In this document: positions 17,637 to 43,376 of the stretch, piece after piece
Layout of the letters: every line of letters starts with the position of its first letter
How positions within the stretch are numbered: position 1 is the first letter of the stretch
Assembly (NCBI RefSeq): GCF_009914755.1
Contig: NC_060946.1
Source of the DNA: the human T2T-CHM13v2.0 reference genome, Homo sapiens
Reading direction: 5' to 3' (one strand)
Length of the DNA stretch: 64,000 bases
Made by a program: the position numbers and the translations under genes
The notes under the pieces: generated by a model
Database searches by the model: none
The model's input: only the letters and a program-made list of their open reading frames with translations
Told to the model about the DNA's origin: nothing

Positions 17637-18042
17637 AGGAGAGACACATTTTGGTTAACTCTAATACAACATGATAAGCCCCAGTAGCAGCATGATCCAG
17701 GCTTTCTCTGAGAGAGGGTCTGAGGACGTGACTGGGATTTGCCAATTAAGAATGGAGAAAGAGGCCAGGTGCAGTGACTCATGCCTGTAATCCCAACACT
17801 TTGGGAGGCCGAGGCGGGTGGCTCACCTGAGGTCAGGAGTTCGAGACCAGCCTGGCTAACATGGCGAAACTCCATCTATTAAAAATACAAAAAAGTAGCT
17901 GGGTGTGGTGGCGAGTGCCTGTAACCCCAGCTAAGCTACTCAGGAGGCTGAGGCAAGAGAATCACTTGAACCTCAGAGGTGGAGGTTGCAGTGAGCCAAG
18001 ATCATGCCACTGCACTCCAGTCTGGGTGACAGAGTAAGACTA

Positions 18043-18528
<486 letters not shown>

Positions 18529-18654
18529 TCAGGGTAACAGAGATGCGTTGTGAACAAATGCATGTTCTAGGAAGAGCCCTCTGGAGTGCTAGGTGCCAGA
18601 GAGGTGGGAGGAAGGATACTGGAAGCAGAGAAACCAGTGAGGGGCCTGATCTTG

Positions 18655-18740
18655 GGTGGTGGGGAATGAGGGACAGGGGAGGCCGGGATGGAAGCCAGGT
18701 GGTGGGGAATGAGGGACAGGGGAGGCCGGGATGGAAGCCA
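18655..18740. repeat. Perfect 43-bp tandem duplication (2 copies)
   Basis: GGTGGTGGGGAATGAGGGACAGGGGAGGCCGGGATGGAAGCCA at 18655-18697 and 18698-18740. Confidence 0.95.
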
Positions 18741-18890
18741 GGTTTCAGCTGAGCAGGTGGCGGTGGCATTGATGGAGATGAGGACATGGGGAAGGACAAA
18801 GTCCAGGTGTCCTTGAGGGAAGACAAGAAGACAAATAATCCAGGCTCTCTGTCCTCACACCAGCTGCCCGCCCCTTTCTTCCTGGCACAG

Positions 18891-19056
18891 TCATGTTGGA
18901 ACCAGCTGCTGAGACCATTCCTCAGACCCAAGAGATCATCAGTGTCACGCTGCAGGTGCTTAGTCTCTTGCCGCCGTACAGACAGTCCATCTCTGTTCTG
19001 GCCGGGTCCACCGTGGAAGATGTCCTGAAGAAGGCCCATGAGTTAGGAGGATTCAC
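18891..19056 (+). CDS. TCN2: Transcobalamin II exon 7 (VMLEPAAET...HELGGFT)
   Basis: Acceptor ggcacag|, donor AC|gtgaga; 166 nt. Confidence 0.97.
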
Positions 19057-20304
19057 GTGAGACTCCCACCTCCCAGTCCTCACCCCACCCAACCTCACAT
19101 GCCTGATAACAGGGTCACAGAAGAGACGGGGAACAGAGGAGAGGGTTCCCTCGGGAGAGACACTGGCCCTGCTTCTGCTTCTACCTGCTCAGCTCCTTTC
19201 TTGCCCACGGTGTTATGGAAACAGGGAGCCATAGGCCAGCATTGTCACTGAGAGAGCAGGCTTTGGAGGCAGAGCCCCCCAGTTGGAATCCCAACTCTAA
19301 CCAGCTAGGTTCCAGGTAGGCACCCACAATTCACCGAGGAGAACAGTTGTGCCCCTTCCCTGCAGGGCCAGTGTGAAGAGTCCAGGAGTTAGTACACATA
19401 GAGATAGTGGCATGTGCTTTTTATATGTGCAAGGTCCAGCACATAGCAAGCGCTCAACACAGCGTTGCTTTCATCAGAGTAAGAACTGTTTTTTGTTTGT
19501 TTGTTTGTTTGTTTTTAAGAGACAGGGTCTCAATCTTATCACCCAGGCTGGAGTGTAATTGTGCAATCACGTCTCACTGCAGTCTCGAACTCTGGGGATG
19601 AAGCAACCCTACTGTCCTGCCTCAGCCTCCCAAATAGCTGAGACTATAGGCACGTGCCACACAACCCTGGGTAATTTTTTTTTTTTTTTTTTTTGAGATA
19701 GGGTCTCTGTCTGTTGCCCAGGCTGGTCTCAAATTCCTGGCCTCAAACCATCCTCACACCTGAGGCGCTCAAAATATTGGGATTATAGGTGCGAGCCATC
19801 ATGCTCAGCCAGAATAATAACTGGTTTTTTTTGTTTTTTTTTTTGAGACAGAGTCTCACTCTATTACCCAGGCTCTGGAGGCCCAACTCGTGTTTGTGTA
19901 TTTGTTTATTTTTATTTATTTATTTATTTCGAGACAGAGCCTCTCTCTTTCACCTAGGCTGGAGTGCAGTGGCGCAATCTCGGCTCACTGCAACCTCCGT
20001 CTCCTGGGTTCAAGTGATTGTCCTGCCTCAGCCTCCTGAGTAGCTGGCGCTACAGGCGCGTGCCACCATGCCCAGCTAATTTTTGTATTTTTAGTAGAGA
20101 CAGGGTTTTACTATGTTGGCCAGCTGGTTTCTAACTCCTGAACTCGGGTGATCTGCCTGCCTCGGCCTCCCAAAGTGCTGGGATTACAGGCATGGGCCTC
20201 CGTGCCCGGCCATGTATTTATTTAGGCAAGGTCTCTCTCTGTTATCCAGGCTGAAGTGCAGTGGCACATTCATAGCTCACTGCAGCCTCAAATTATCCAA
20301 GTAA

Positions 20305-20508
<204 letters not shown>

Positions 20509-22518
20509 TGAGTAGAGATGGAATTTTGCCATTTTGGCCAGGCTGGTCTTGAGCTCTTGACCTCAAGTGATATGTCTGCCTCAGCCTCCCAAAGTGCCGG
20601 GATTACAGGCATGAGCCACTATGCCTGGCCCAGAATAAGAACTTTTATTTTATTTGAGACAGGGTCTTACTCTGTCACCTAGGCTAGAGTGCAGTGGCAC
20701 AATCACAGCTCACTGTAGCCTCAATCTTCCGGGCTCTGATCCTCCCACCTTAGCCTCCCAGGTAGCTGGGAACAACAGGCATGCGCCACCACGCTTGGCA
20801 AATATTTTTTTAAAATTTTTTGTAGACATGGGATTGCTTCATGTTGCCCAGACTGGTCTCAAACTCCTGGACTCAAGCGATCTACCCACCTTGGCCTCCC
20901 AAAGTGCTGAGATAACAGGCGTGAGCCGCCGTGGCTGGCCAGAATAAGAACTTTTATTATGAAATAAGTTTGGCCCTATCCTGTTATTAATTACCTCAAA
21001 GAGGTTGGACAATGTCCTTACACTTGCTTCTCACCCTGAGCTTAGAATAGTTTGAGAATGAGCATGTCTGGACTGTTGTTTGACAGGTCCTGTCCATGAT
21101 GAAATAAGATGAATGTAATTCTCATGTTATCAGTGGGGAGTCCAGCCCAGAGAAGTTGAATGCCTTCCACCAGGTCACGCACACCACAGACTTCTCCCCT
21201 AGAATCATGGGCCTATCTCTGTCCCCAGTGGGAGTTCCTGGAAAACAGCATCCTGCATCCAGGGAGGGCCCACAGTTGGTTCCTTCGGGTCCTCTAGGCT
21301 AGAGAATCTCAGACCGGAGAAATGCAAAGACTCCTCTGAAGTACAAACATTCTCCCAGACCCCAGGTTAAGTTATTTCTTCTATAATATCACTTAGATGT
21401 GTACTGATAATTTTATTAAATATAAAGTCTTTGGCCAGAGCTGGTGGCTCACTCCTGTAATTCCAGTGATTTGGGAGGCTGAGGCAGGAGGATCACTTGA
21501 GCCTAGGAGTTTGAGACCAGCCTGGGCAACATAGTGAGACTGCCATCTCTTCAAAAAAATTTTTTTAATTAGCTGGGCATGATGGTGTGCACCTATAATC
21601 CTAGCTACCCAGAAGGCTGAGGTGGGAGGACTGCTTGAGCCCAGGAGTTCAAGGCGGCAGCAAGCTATGATGACGTCACTGTCCTGTAGCCTGGATGACA
21701 AAACTTTTTTTTTTTTTTTAAAAGACAAAGGGCTGAGTGTGATGGCTAACACCTGTAATCCCAGCACTTTGGGAGGCCAAGGTGGGCAGATTACTTGAGG
21801 CCAGGAGTTCAAAACCAGCCGGGCCAACGTGGCGAAAGCCCGTCTCTACCACACACAAAAAAAGTCCTTTCTCTTTCTAGCTCTAGACAGCTATAAATCC
21901 CCAACAACTTTATAAATTAAATAGAAAAGTATAAAAACCAATACCATTCAAATAAGGATGCTCTGCGGAGGTGCTGGCCTGCACTTTAGCACCTCCCTGT
22001 ATTCAAGCTGCAGTGAAGCCTGGGCACTCCTGGCCTGGCTCAGCCACTTCATTCACTATGAGGGCCACCTCCGTTTCCTTCCTGTGGCCTATGGCACATA
22101 ACGCAATGCTGCTGGGCACCAGCGCAGTCACTGATGGCCACGCATAGGCTGAGTGCCCTTGGGAGGGCTCAGACCCACAGACTGAGATTACCCAGAACCA
22201 GCTGGTATTCATGTTTGAATATTGTCATCAAAATGAAAGACAATTAGAATTTAACGTTTTTATTCAGAGCTCGGGGATCTCTGGGAAGACACTGTGGACT
22301 CCAGTCTGAGAAATGGTTCTCTTGTTAGTGTGCATGGATGCCTCAACTGGGTTCAGGCATGAAGACTATGTTTGAGGCCCCTGAATGCACAGCAGAGAAA
22401 GCTCAACTGCAGACACAGATAGACAGATGTGGAGAGAGGTAGCCCTGTGCAGCCACATGGCCCTGCAGAGTTAAGGAATGGGAAAAGGGCTACTCTGTGA
22501 CATTCCTTAGAACAGTAG

Positions 22519-22790
<272 letters not shown>

Positions 22791-23174
22791 TGATCCACCC
22801 ACCTCCGCCTCCTCAAGTGCTGGGATTACAGATGTGACCCACCGCGCCCCACCTGTGTTTCTTAAAACCAAAAAAATCCCTCTAAGACTGCAACCATCGA
22901 TAACTTAGGGCTGTATTACCCCAGAGAGCACTTTGTAGAAGATGCGTTTGTTCACATCACTTCCCTGTTACTTTGACGGTCTCACCTCCTTTTCAGTCAT
23001 TTGCATTCTCCCAGAACCTGCTCATTTGTTGTTTTTTGTTTGTTTGCTTGGTTTTGTTTTTGAGAAGCAGTCTTGCTCTGTTACCCAGGCTGGAGTGCAG
23101 TGGTGCGACCTCAGGTCACTGCAACCTCCGCCTACTAGGTTCAAGTGATTCTCCTGCCTCAGTCTCCTGAATAG

Positions 23175-23863
<689 letters not shown>

Positions 23864-24528
23864 TAAGAGGCTTCCTGTGGCAGTGGCATCCAGACGGAGT
23901 GCAGAAACTCAAAGTTGAAGGCCAGAAGCTCAGGGAAGGGGGAGTGTGAGTTGAGGAGTCTCTTGGCTGCCAGGGCCAGAAACCGAACTCCAAGCCTCTC
24001 CACAACAGCGGGTGTAGAGCATGTAGAATCAGAGAGGAGGCTGAGCCATGCAGCCCCGAGAAGAGGGGAATGCCACTGAGCCACAGAGACCCAGTGCCAC
24101 TGCCAGGTGTCTCTGCCTCCACTTCCCATGACCCTGCCTGTCTCTGTATGCAGGCTTCACCCTCTCTCGTTGTACATTGTACACATTCTAGGTGACACCA
24201 GCAGCTTCTGATTCTCATCCCCCATAACATCAGCCCCCCAGAGAGGGGACAACTGCTGAGCTGATAACATAATAGATGCCCCTTTCCTGGAGGCCATGGT
24301 CATGGTCAGCGTGGAGAGGATGAAGCCTGAGCAGGCAGGATCGGGGGTCTGGAGGGGAAGGAGGTGGAAGTTGAGATCACAGACCTGTGGCCAGGTGGCC
24401 TGGGAAGGGTTTGACGAGTGTCGGCCCAAAGAGCTTGGAAGGGATTTTGCTGCTGTGGGTGAGCACTGCCTCTCCCCTTAGGGACAACAGCCACCTCTTC
24501 TCTCCCCATTTGCCTTTCCCTTCTGTAG

Positions 24529-24644
24529 ATATGAAACACAGGCCTCCTTGTCAGGCCCCTACTTAACCTCCGTGATGGGGAAAGCGGCCGGAGAAAGGGA
24601 GTTCTGGCAGCTTCTCCGAGACCCCAACACCCCACTGTTGCAAG
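24529..24644 (+). CDS. TCN2: Transcobalamin II exon 8 (YETQASLSGPYLTSV...NTPLLQ)
   Basis: Acceptor ttctgtag|, donor G|gtgagt; 116 nt. Confidence 0.98.
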
Positions 24645-25234
24645 GTGAGTCATGGCCTGACACTCTGGATGTGTCCCCTACCCCAAGCTTACTCAGCCAA
24701 GAGGCTTCATCAACTCACCCCAGCTTTCCCTAGCACCCTCCTGGGCCACACCTTCACAAAATCACTGATGCTCAAAGTTGGATATAATATATTGAACTGA
24801 AGCCTTAGAATTTTTATGCAAGTTACTGTGGAAATTCTAGGAAACCAGACAGATTACAAAAAAAAAAAAAAACTAGAAGAAAATTAACATCACCTAGGAT
24901 ATACTACCTAGGAATAACGTCTTTTATTTTGAGATGGAGTTTCGCTCTTGTTGCCCAGGCTGGAGTGCAGCGGTATGATCTCGGCTCGCTGCAACCTCCG
25001 CCTCCTGGGTTCATGTGATTCTTCCACCTCAGCCTTCCTAGAGCCCAAGTGGTCTGCCTGCCTCTGCCTCCCAAAGTTCTGGGATTACAGGCATGAGCCA
25101 CCGCACCCAGCCAAAATTACTTAACTTTTCTTCTAGATACTTTTTAAAAATATGGCAGTAAGTTTTTCATAAAAAATGGAGCCATGCTATCCAGTGGAAA
25201 TTTAATGTTGCCCACATGTATAACTTAAAAATTT

Positions 25235-26147
<913 letters not shown>

Positions 26148-26452
26148 TAAATTGAGGAATAAAAAATAGGAGCTACAGATGGAGACCCCAAGTCTGGCCA
26201 GTTCTATTACTGATAAAGACAGGAGGGTGAGAGCTAGGTGGACCCAGCCAGGAAGCAGACCTGGGCAGTTGTAGCCTCTATCTCCTTCCCCCTCTGCCCT
26301 TGAGTCTAGAAGGAAGCCCGCTCCCAGGAGAAAAATAGCGCCCAGGCTACACATGCCTAGTTTATTCTTCCCAAATCAACCAGTTGCATAAATCACTCCT
26401 CTATCTTCCTTGGGGTGGAAAGTGGATGGGAGTTATAATTTGAGTTCTCTTT

Positions 26453-27499
<1,047 letters not shown>

Positions 27500-28044
27500 C
27501 CTCCATTGAAAGGAAACATTTCTGACACCTGGCTATCTCAAAGGGCCCTTTCAGTTCCCCTGCAGGCTGCATTCCCACATCACCAACAAGAGCAGCGACA
27601 CTCACTCAGAGGTTAAATAACTTGTCCAGAGTCACAGCAGTAATGAATGACAGAGCTGGGGCTTGAATCCAGGCGTCCTCCTAGAGCCTGGATTCTGTGT
27701 AGTGAGTGAAAGCTGACTCCTGGGAGACTTCTGCGTGGTCCTGGTTCTCTCTCCAGACTGCACTGCGCAAGTTTCTCTTCCTGATGGTCCCTAGGGTATT
27801 ACAAAGACAGTGGCCCTGCCTGTCAGGTGTTTTTATTACCAGATGAGGTCATGGCCTCAGGAACCCTGTGGGAAGCTGAGTTCAGAGTCTTTGAGCAGGC
27901 TTTAGGGAGGTTCCAGCTTCCCACCACCAAGCCCCAGGTGGATTCTTACAGACTCTAGCCTCAGGGTGGGGGGTCTGGAAGATGAGGTTGCGGGGTGCGA
28001 TATTCTGCCCAATTCGCCCCTCCTTGCTCAATCTGTTTCTGCAG

Positions 28045-28106
28045 GTATTGCTGACTACAGACCCAAGGATGGAGAAACCATTGAGCTGAGGCTGGTTAGC
28101 TGGTAG
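28045..28106 (+). CDS. TCN2: Transcobalamin II exon 9 coding part (GIADYRPKDGETIELRLVSW*)
   Basis: Acceptor ttctgcag|; TAG at 28104-28106; the nine exons total 1284 nt = 427 aa + stop. Confidence 0.98.
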
Positions 28107-28616
28107 CCCCTGAGCTCCCTCATCCCAGCAGCCTCGCACACTCCCTAGGCTTCTACCCTCCCTCCTGATGTCCCTGGAACAGGAACTCGCCTGACCCTGC
28201 TGCCACCTCCTGTGCACTTTGAGCAATGCCCCCTGGGATCACCCCAGCCACAAGCCCTTCGAGGGCCCTATACCATGGCCCACCTTGGAGCAGAGAGCCA
28301 AGCATCTTCCCTGGGAAGTCTTTCTGGCCAAGTCTGGCCAGCCTGGCCCTGCAGGTCTCCCATGAAGGCCACCCCATGGTCTGATGGGCATGAAGCATCT
28401 CAGACTCCTTGGCAAAAAACGGAGTCCGCAGGCCGCAGGTGTTGTGAAGACCACTCGTTCTGTGGTTGGGGTCCTGCAAGAAGGCCTCCTCAGCCCGGGG
28501 GCTATGGCCCTGACCCCAGCTCTCCACTCTGCTGTTAGAGTGGCAGCTCCGAGCTGGTTGTGGCACAGTAGCTGGGGAGACCTCAGCAGGGCTGCTCAGT
28601 GCCTGCCTCTGACAAA

Positions 28617-28622
28617 ATTAAA
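28617..28622 (+). terminator. TCN2: TCN2 polyadenylation signal (ATTAAA)
   Basis: ATTAAA hexamer ~510 nt after the stop codon. Confidence 0.75.
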
Positions 28623-28915
28623 GCATTGATGGCCTGTGGACCTGCTACAGTGGCCTGGTGCCTCATACTCCTCAGGTGCAGGGGCAGGGACAAGAGAAGG
28701 GGGAAGTAACCCCATCAGGGAGGAGTGGAGGGTGCCTGAGCCGCCATGTGGGCATTGGGGGAGTGATGGGAATGCCAGCAGTGATGACATTGACTACTGA
28801 CTGAGCACCCACTACTATGACTGAGCACTCACTCGCTAGATACTATCTTGAACTGCTCTGTGAGGTTGTTGATATTTTCATTTTTATCTGTGCTTTACAA
28901 ATCAGGAAACTGGGA

Positions 28916-35907
<6,992 letters not shown>

Positions 35908-36160
35908 CTAAATGCCACCATTTTTTGGTCCTTGGCCTGGAAATTTCCCTATCTGCACCCCCTGCGCTGTAGCTTAGGCTATTCAGCAGAGATCTGCAGG
36001 CTCCAGCGGGCGTCGGACTTACAGAGGCAAATGTGACCATGTAAATTCCCAGGCCCACCCGTGACAGAGAGCCTCTGATTCAGCAGGCCTCCTTTGAGGC
36101 TGGGGATTTTAAACCCGCGTCCTGTGATTGGGATGGGGATTGAGGGCTATATTCAGCGCC

Positions 36161-36179
36161 TGGCCACCAGAGGGCGCAG
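36161..36179 (+). promoter_or_regulatory. CTCF-binding motif TGGCCACCAGAGGGCGCAG
   Basis: Near-perfect match to the CTCF core CCACCAG(A/G)(G/T)GGCGC. Confidence 0.75.
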
Positions 36180-36949
36180 CGGGCTGGGTTCAGCGGTACC
36201 CCTTTGAGATCTTGTGTCTCAAGACAGGTTGCTGTCATCAAGGATTTGCTGGTTAGACAACAGGCAAGGGGTGAGCTGGGTCCTCTTGGGCAGGAGCCTA
36301 GTAGGAAGACCGACAACAGGAAAGAGGCTCACATCTGATACTGGGCACATGGCTGGGCCTTGGTCCTCGTGCTCCCGGACTTCAGAGCTCAGAGGGGCCA
36401 GGGCCTGGCCTAGCCTGGAATCTGGATGGACCTCTTCTGCCCTGGGGCGCGCCGTTTACCCAATCCTGACCTCAGAGAGCGTCTGTCGTTCTGGTGGGAA
36501 AACCGAGACCCAGACAGGAACAAGGGCTCAGTGGCAACCGCTCTGCCTCCCAGCCCAGGGCTCTGTCTTGCCGGGGCTGGGGCACAGGGTGGACCCCAGG
36601 AAGTTCTGCTATGAGTCAGCTTCGAGTGCTCAGGGGACCGGACAGAGGCTGCTGGCCGGGGAAGGATGCCGGCCGGCGGTACCTACTTCCGCAGCTGTGG
36701 GTATCCCTGCCTGGTGATTCAGCTTCCCTCTGAGGGTCCCCAGGGGGCGCCGCCCTGGACTGGGAGGCTGGGGAGGATGCTGGGGCTACGGAGGGGCGAT
36801 GGAGGTGCCTTAAGGGACCCCGTAATCCAGCTCTGCTGGATGCTGAGGTCCCACGAGATAATTGTGGCCAGAGATCAGGTGGGCGTAAGACTGGTCCTAG
36901 GATGGGGGCTGTGGGCCCCTCCTCACTACCCTGCTTCTTGAAGATAGCC

Positions 36950-37680
36950 TGGGCGGCTGTGCGGGATACCCCAGTGTCTCCAGCAATGCGCGTTCATCTC
37001 CATGGAGGGCTCGCCTTGGCGCTGGGTGGGGAGCGACTTGGTCCCCCCTGGCGGCGAAGAGAGGCTGACCACGCCAGCTCGTGGGGGGGTCTACTGGGCA
37101 GATGCGCAGGCCCCGGGCGGAGGAGGGCTGATGGGGGAAATGCCAGGCCGATGGGGGAGGGGCTGTGAGCGGGAGGCGTTGGGGCGGGGCAAGACCGCCC
37201 TCCCGGTCCGGGGGCGGGGCTTGGCCTGGGGCGGGGCTTGGCTGGGGTGCTCAGCCCAATTTTCCGTGTAGGGAGCGGGCGGCGGCGGGGGAGGCAGAGG
37301 CGGAGGCGGAGTCAAGAGCGCACCGCCGCGCCCGCCGTGCCGGGCCTGAGCTGGAGCCGGGCGTGAGTCGCAGCAGGAGCCGCAGCCGGAGTCACAGCCG
37401 CAGCCAGAGCCGCAGCCAAAGCCTCAGAGAGCAGGAGTTGGAGCGCAGGCCCTGCTGGATCCGCGCCTAGCTCGCCGCCAGGCACCGGCCGGAGGACGGG
37501 CCGTGGTGTCAGCTCACTGCCCGGGCGCTGTGGGAGGCAGCGAGCCCGCGACCCCCCGGGCCGGGCACCGCCAGGCGCGGAGCCCAGATCGCCCCCCTGC
37601 CAGGCCTGGTCACGGCCAGAGCACGCAGGAGTTCCCAGGGTCTGGATCTGCGCGCACCCTAATGACCTGGGGACTGAAGA
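36950..37680 (+). promoter_or_regulatory. SLC35E4: CpG-island promoter of SLC35E4 with three perfect GC boxes GGGGCGGGGC (37181, 37211, 37228) and CCAAT (37256-37260)
   Basis: High GC and CpG density; Sp/KLF and NF-Y motifs read directly. Confidence 0.85.
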
Positions 37681-38032
37681 GAAAAAAGGAACGAGGATTT
37701 CATCTAAAAGCATAACGTGGGCACTAGGCGAGGAGGAAAGTGGAGACCACCTGGCACGGGGCAGAGGTGCCTGGAGCCCACGCTTGAGCATCGGAGACCC
37801 TGGCATCCTAGCAGCCGCGACCTTGGCTCTGCCCTGTCTGAGCTGGAAACACAGCTTAGCTTCTAGACATCGCTGGCACAGGCCTGGCACAAGTAAGCAG
37901 TGTCCTCACCTGTCTGAAACGGGACACGGGGTCGGAGGAACCAGGATCTAGCCTGGCCCCAAGCGGAACTCTCTGGTGGCCCAGAGGTCGTCACTGGGGA
38001 GCCCGCCTCCTGCCCTAGCCTCACTGGTGCGG

Positions 38033-38651
38033 ATGTGCCGCTGCCCGCCGGAGCACCATGATGGCAGGATGACCTCAGCCGAAGTAGGAGCAGCAGCTGG
38101 TGGTGCTCAGGCGGCTGGGCCCCCCGAGTGGCCCCCTGGCAGCCCTCAGGCCCTCCGGCAGCCTGGCCGGGCCCGAGTGGCCATGGCAGCACTGGTGTGG
38201 CTGCTGGCGGGAGCCAGCATGTCAAGCCTCAACAAGTGGATCTTCACAGTGCACGGCTTTGGGCGGCCCCTGCTGCTGTCGGCCCTGCACATGCTGGTGG
38301 CAGCCCTGGCATGCCACCGGGGGGCACGGCGCCCCATGCCAGGCGGCACTCGCTGCCGAGTCCTACTGCTCAGTCTCACCTTTGGCACGTCCATGGCCTG
38401 CGGCAACGTGGGCCTAAGGGCTGTGCCCCTGGACCTGGCACAACTGGTTACTACCACCACACCTCTGTTCACCCTGGCCCTGTCGGCGCTGCTGCTGGGC
38501 CGCCGCCACCACCCACTTCAGTTGGCCGCCATGGGTCCGCTCTGCCTGGGGGCCGCCTGCAGCCTGGCTGGAGAGTTCCGGACACCCCCTACCGGCTGTG
38601 GCTTCCTGCTCGCAGCCACCTGCCTCCGCGGACTCAAGTCGGTTCAGCAAA
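38033..38651 (+). CDS. SLC35E4: Solute carrier family 35 member E4 (nucleotide-sugar/TPT-family transporter), coding exon 1
   Basis: [19 protein letters not shown]... followed by TPT-family helices ([21 protein letters not shown]); donor A|gtaagt at 38652; 619 nt. Confidence 0.95.
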
Positions 38652-39891
38652 GTAAGTGCCTGGGTGGCCAATTGAGAAGGTGGGGGTCCGGGTGGGTGCA
38701 TGGCCTGGATGGCCCTGTGAGGGGTATGGCTGTTGTCCCATTTTACAAATGAGGAAACTGAGGTTCATGGCTGTGGAGGAAGCAGAACTGAGGCTCAGAG
38801 AGGGCCAACAGTTCAGTGAGTTCCAGGCCCCAGACTCAGGCTCTGGAGGCCCAACTCGTGTTTATTTGTTTATTTACTTATTTAGACAGGGTCTGGCTCT
38901 GTCACCCAGGCTGCATTGGTGAGATCTCAGCTCAATACAGCCTCCGCATCCTGGGTTCAAGTGATTCTTCTGCCTCAGCCTCCCAAGTAAGTGGGACTAC
39001 AGGTGCACACCACCACGCTAAGCTAATTTTTGTATTTTTAGTAGAGACAGCATTTTACCATGTTGGCCAGGCTGATCTTGAACTCCTGACCTCCCAAGGT
39101 GCTAGGATTTCAAGCGTGAGCCACCCCACCTGGTCAGCTAATTTTTTTTTTTTATAGACACAGAGTCTTGCTATGTTGCCAAGGTAGGTCTTGAACTCCT
39201 GTCCTCAGCGATCTTCCCCCCTCAGCTTCCTGAAGTTCTGGAATTACAAACCAGTATTTAGTGATAGCCAGTGATCTGTGTTTGACTAGCCTTTTATCTC
39301 ACTGTATTGTTCCCATTTGATAGATGAAGAGGCTTGCCCTGGGCCACGTGGCCAGTGAGCAGCAGAGGCAAGATCTAAACCCAGATAGTCAGACTCCATG
39401 CTTCCAAGAGATGTGGCCTGAGGCTTTGGACACAAAGGAAAGCCAGAAAGCATGGGCCAGGGAGAGAAAAGGAGGGTCTGGGATGAGCTGGGATTTGGAA
39501 GGTCAGGGGTCAGGTCTAAGTCTGGGGAGGGCTGTTGTTTACTGGGAGCTACAGTGTGACAGGCTTGGTGCTGAGTGTTGACCTTGAGTTGTCATGGCAA
39601 CCACCAACTTTATCCCCATTTTACAGATGATGGGACTAAGACCCAGAGAAGTTCATGATTTGACAGGCTGGGCATGGTATCTCATGCCTGTAATCCCAGC
39701 ACTTTGGGAGGCTGAGGTGGGAGGACTCTTGAGACCAGGAGTTCGAGACCACCCTGGCCAACATGGTGAAACCCTGTATCTATTAAAAATACAAAAATTG
39801 GGGCCGGGCGCGGTGTCTCATGCCTGTAATTCCAGCACTTTGGGAGGCTGAGGCGGGTGGATCATGAGGTCAGAAGTTCAAGAACAGACTA

Positions 39892-40284
<393 letters not shown>

Positions 40285-40287
40285 TCA

Positions 40288-41720
<1,433 letters not shown>

Positions 41721-41751
41721 GAGGTGGGAGGATCACGAGGTCAGGAGATCA

Positions 41752-41985
<234 letters not shown>

Positions 41986-43112
41986 TCATGATTTGCACAG
42001 AGGTCACGGGGTCCCTAATGATGTGAAGCATGGTCTATGTGACTCCAGATGCTGGCTCTGATGAAAGAGGGCAGCAGGGCTCTGGGCAGTTTAGGGCCGA
42101 GGCTCCAGGCCCAGACCCACTAGATCATTCTGCCTGAGGGCGAAGGCTGGCTTCCTGCCTTTCCTACTGAGGGGCATCTGAGTCGCAGCCTCTATCCTCT
42201 CTCTGCCTCAACCCAAGGAGACATAGGGGAGGCCAGGGTGCCCACTCAGGGTGGGGAGGCCTGGGTTCCAGCCATACCTTTGCTCATATTTGCTGGGCAA
42301 CCTTGGGCATATTGGGATTTTATCTGGGCCTCAGTTTCCTCATCTGTCAGTGGAGGAGAGTTGGAGTTGATGGAGTCCAAGGGGCCTCTTGCTCTCCCTT
42401 CGCCCTGAGATCCTGTGACCCAGGCCTGGGAGAAGGAAGTGGGCACACCAAGAGTGCTGGGCTGGGATTGATGACAGCCCACAGCCAGGGAAGATTGAAG
42501 TCAGAGTTCAGCCCTGCCCTGGCGTATTCAGAGCTGACACAGAGGCCCTATCTCTATCCTCCCTGGCTCCAAGGCAGGGTCAAAACCCAGTTCTATTTTT
42601 TGCCCTCAGGTTACATGAGAGCTAGAGGCTGAGCACAGGCATGAGCTCTGGGCATGAGTCTGCACTGGGAAACCTGACCTGTGGGCACCCCTGTGCAGGC
42701 CACAGGGCTGTGAAGGTCCTAACCTCAAGGCCCATGCTGCCCCTGCTGAGAAAGAGTCAGTGCTTCTCACACTGGGACCCAGGCAGCCCCAGCCTGCAGG
42801 AGGGGCAATGGCCGGCCAGGCCTCAGGCACTTGGGCATGGAGTGGCATGTGCCTGGCATCGGGCTGCATCTTGACTCCTGCCAGCTCCCTCCTTCCCTCC
42901 CTCCCTAGTCTTAACTCCTGACCCCTGGGAGGTTGAGTCCTTGCTCTGGGCTCCTGCGGTATCCTCTGCTCCCCCTATCATGGTTCCAAATGCCATGTAT
43001 GATCACCACCTGGTTACCTGTCTGCTGCCTGCCAGACAGATTTGGGGCAATTCTATGTTCCTGGAACCTAGCCCTGGGGCCTGGCAGAGGATACATAATT
43101 TGTAAATTATAA

Positions 43113-43376
<264 letters not shown>

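Noticed and set aside
37976-38032. N-terminal extension of SLC35E4 in the ORF track, and its read-through past 38651
   Set aside because: The track starts at a GTG; the first ATG is 38033, and the strong donor at 38652 gives the 350-aa product
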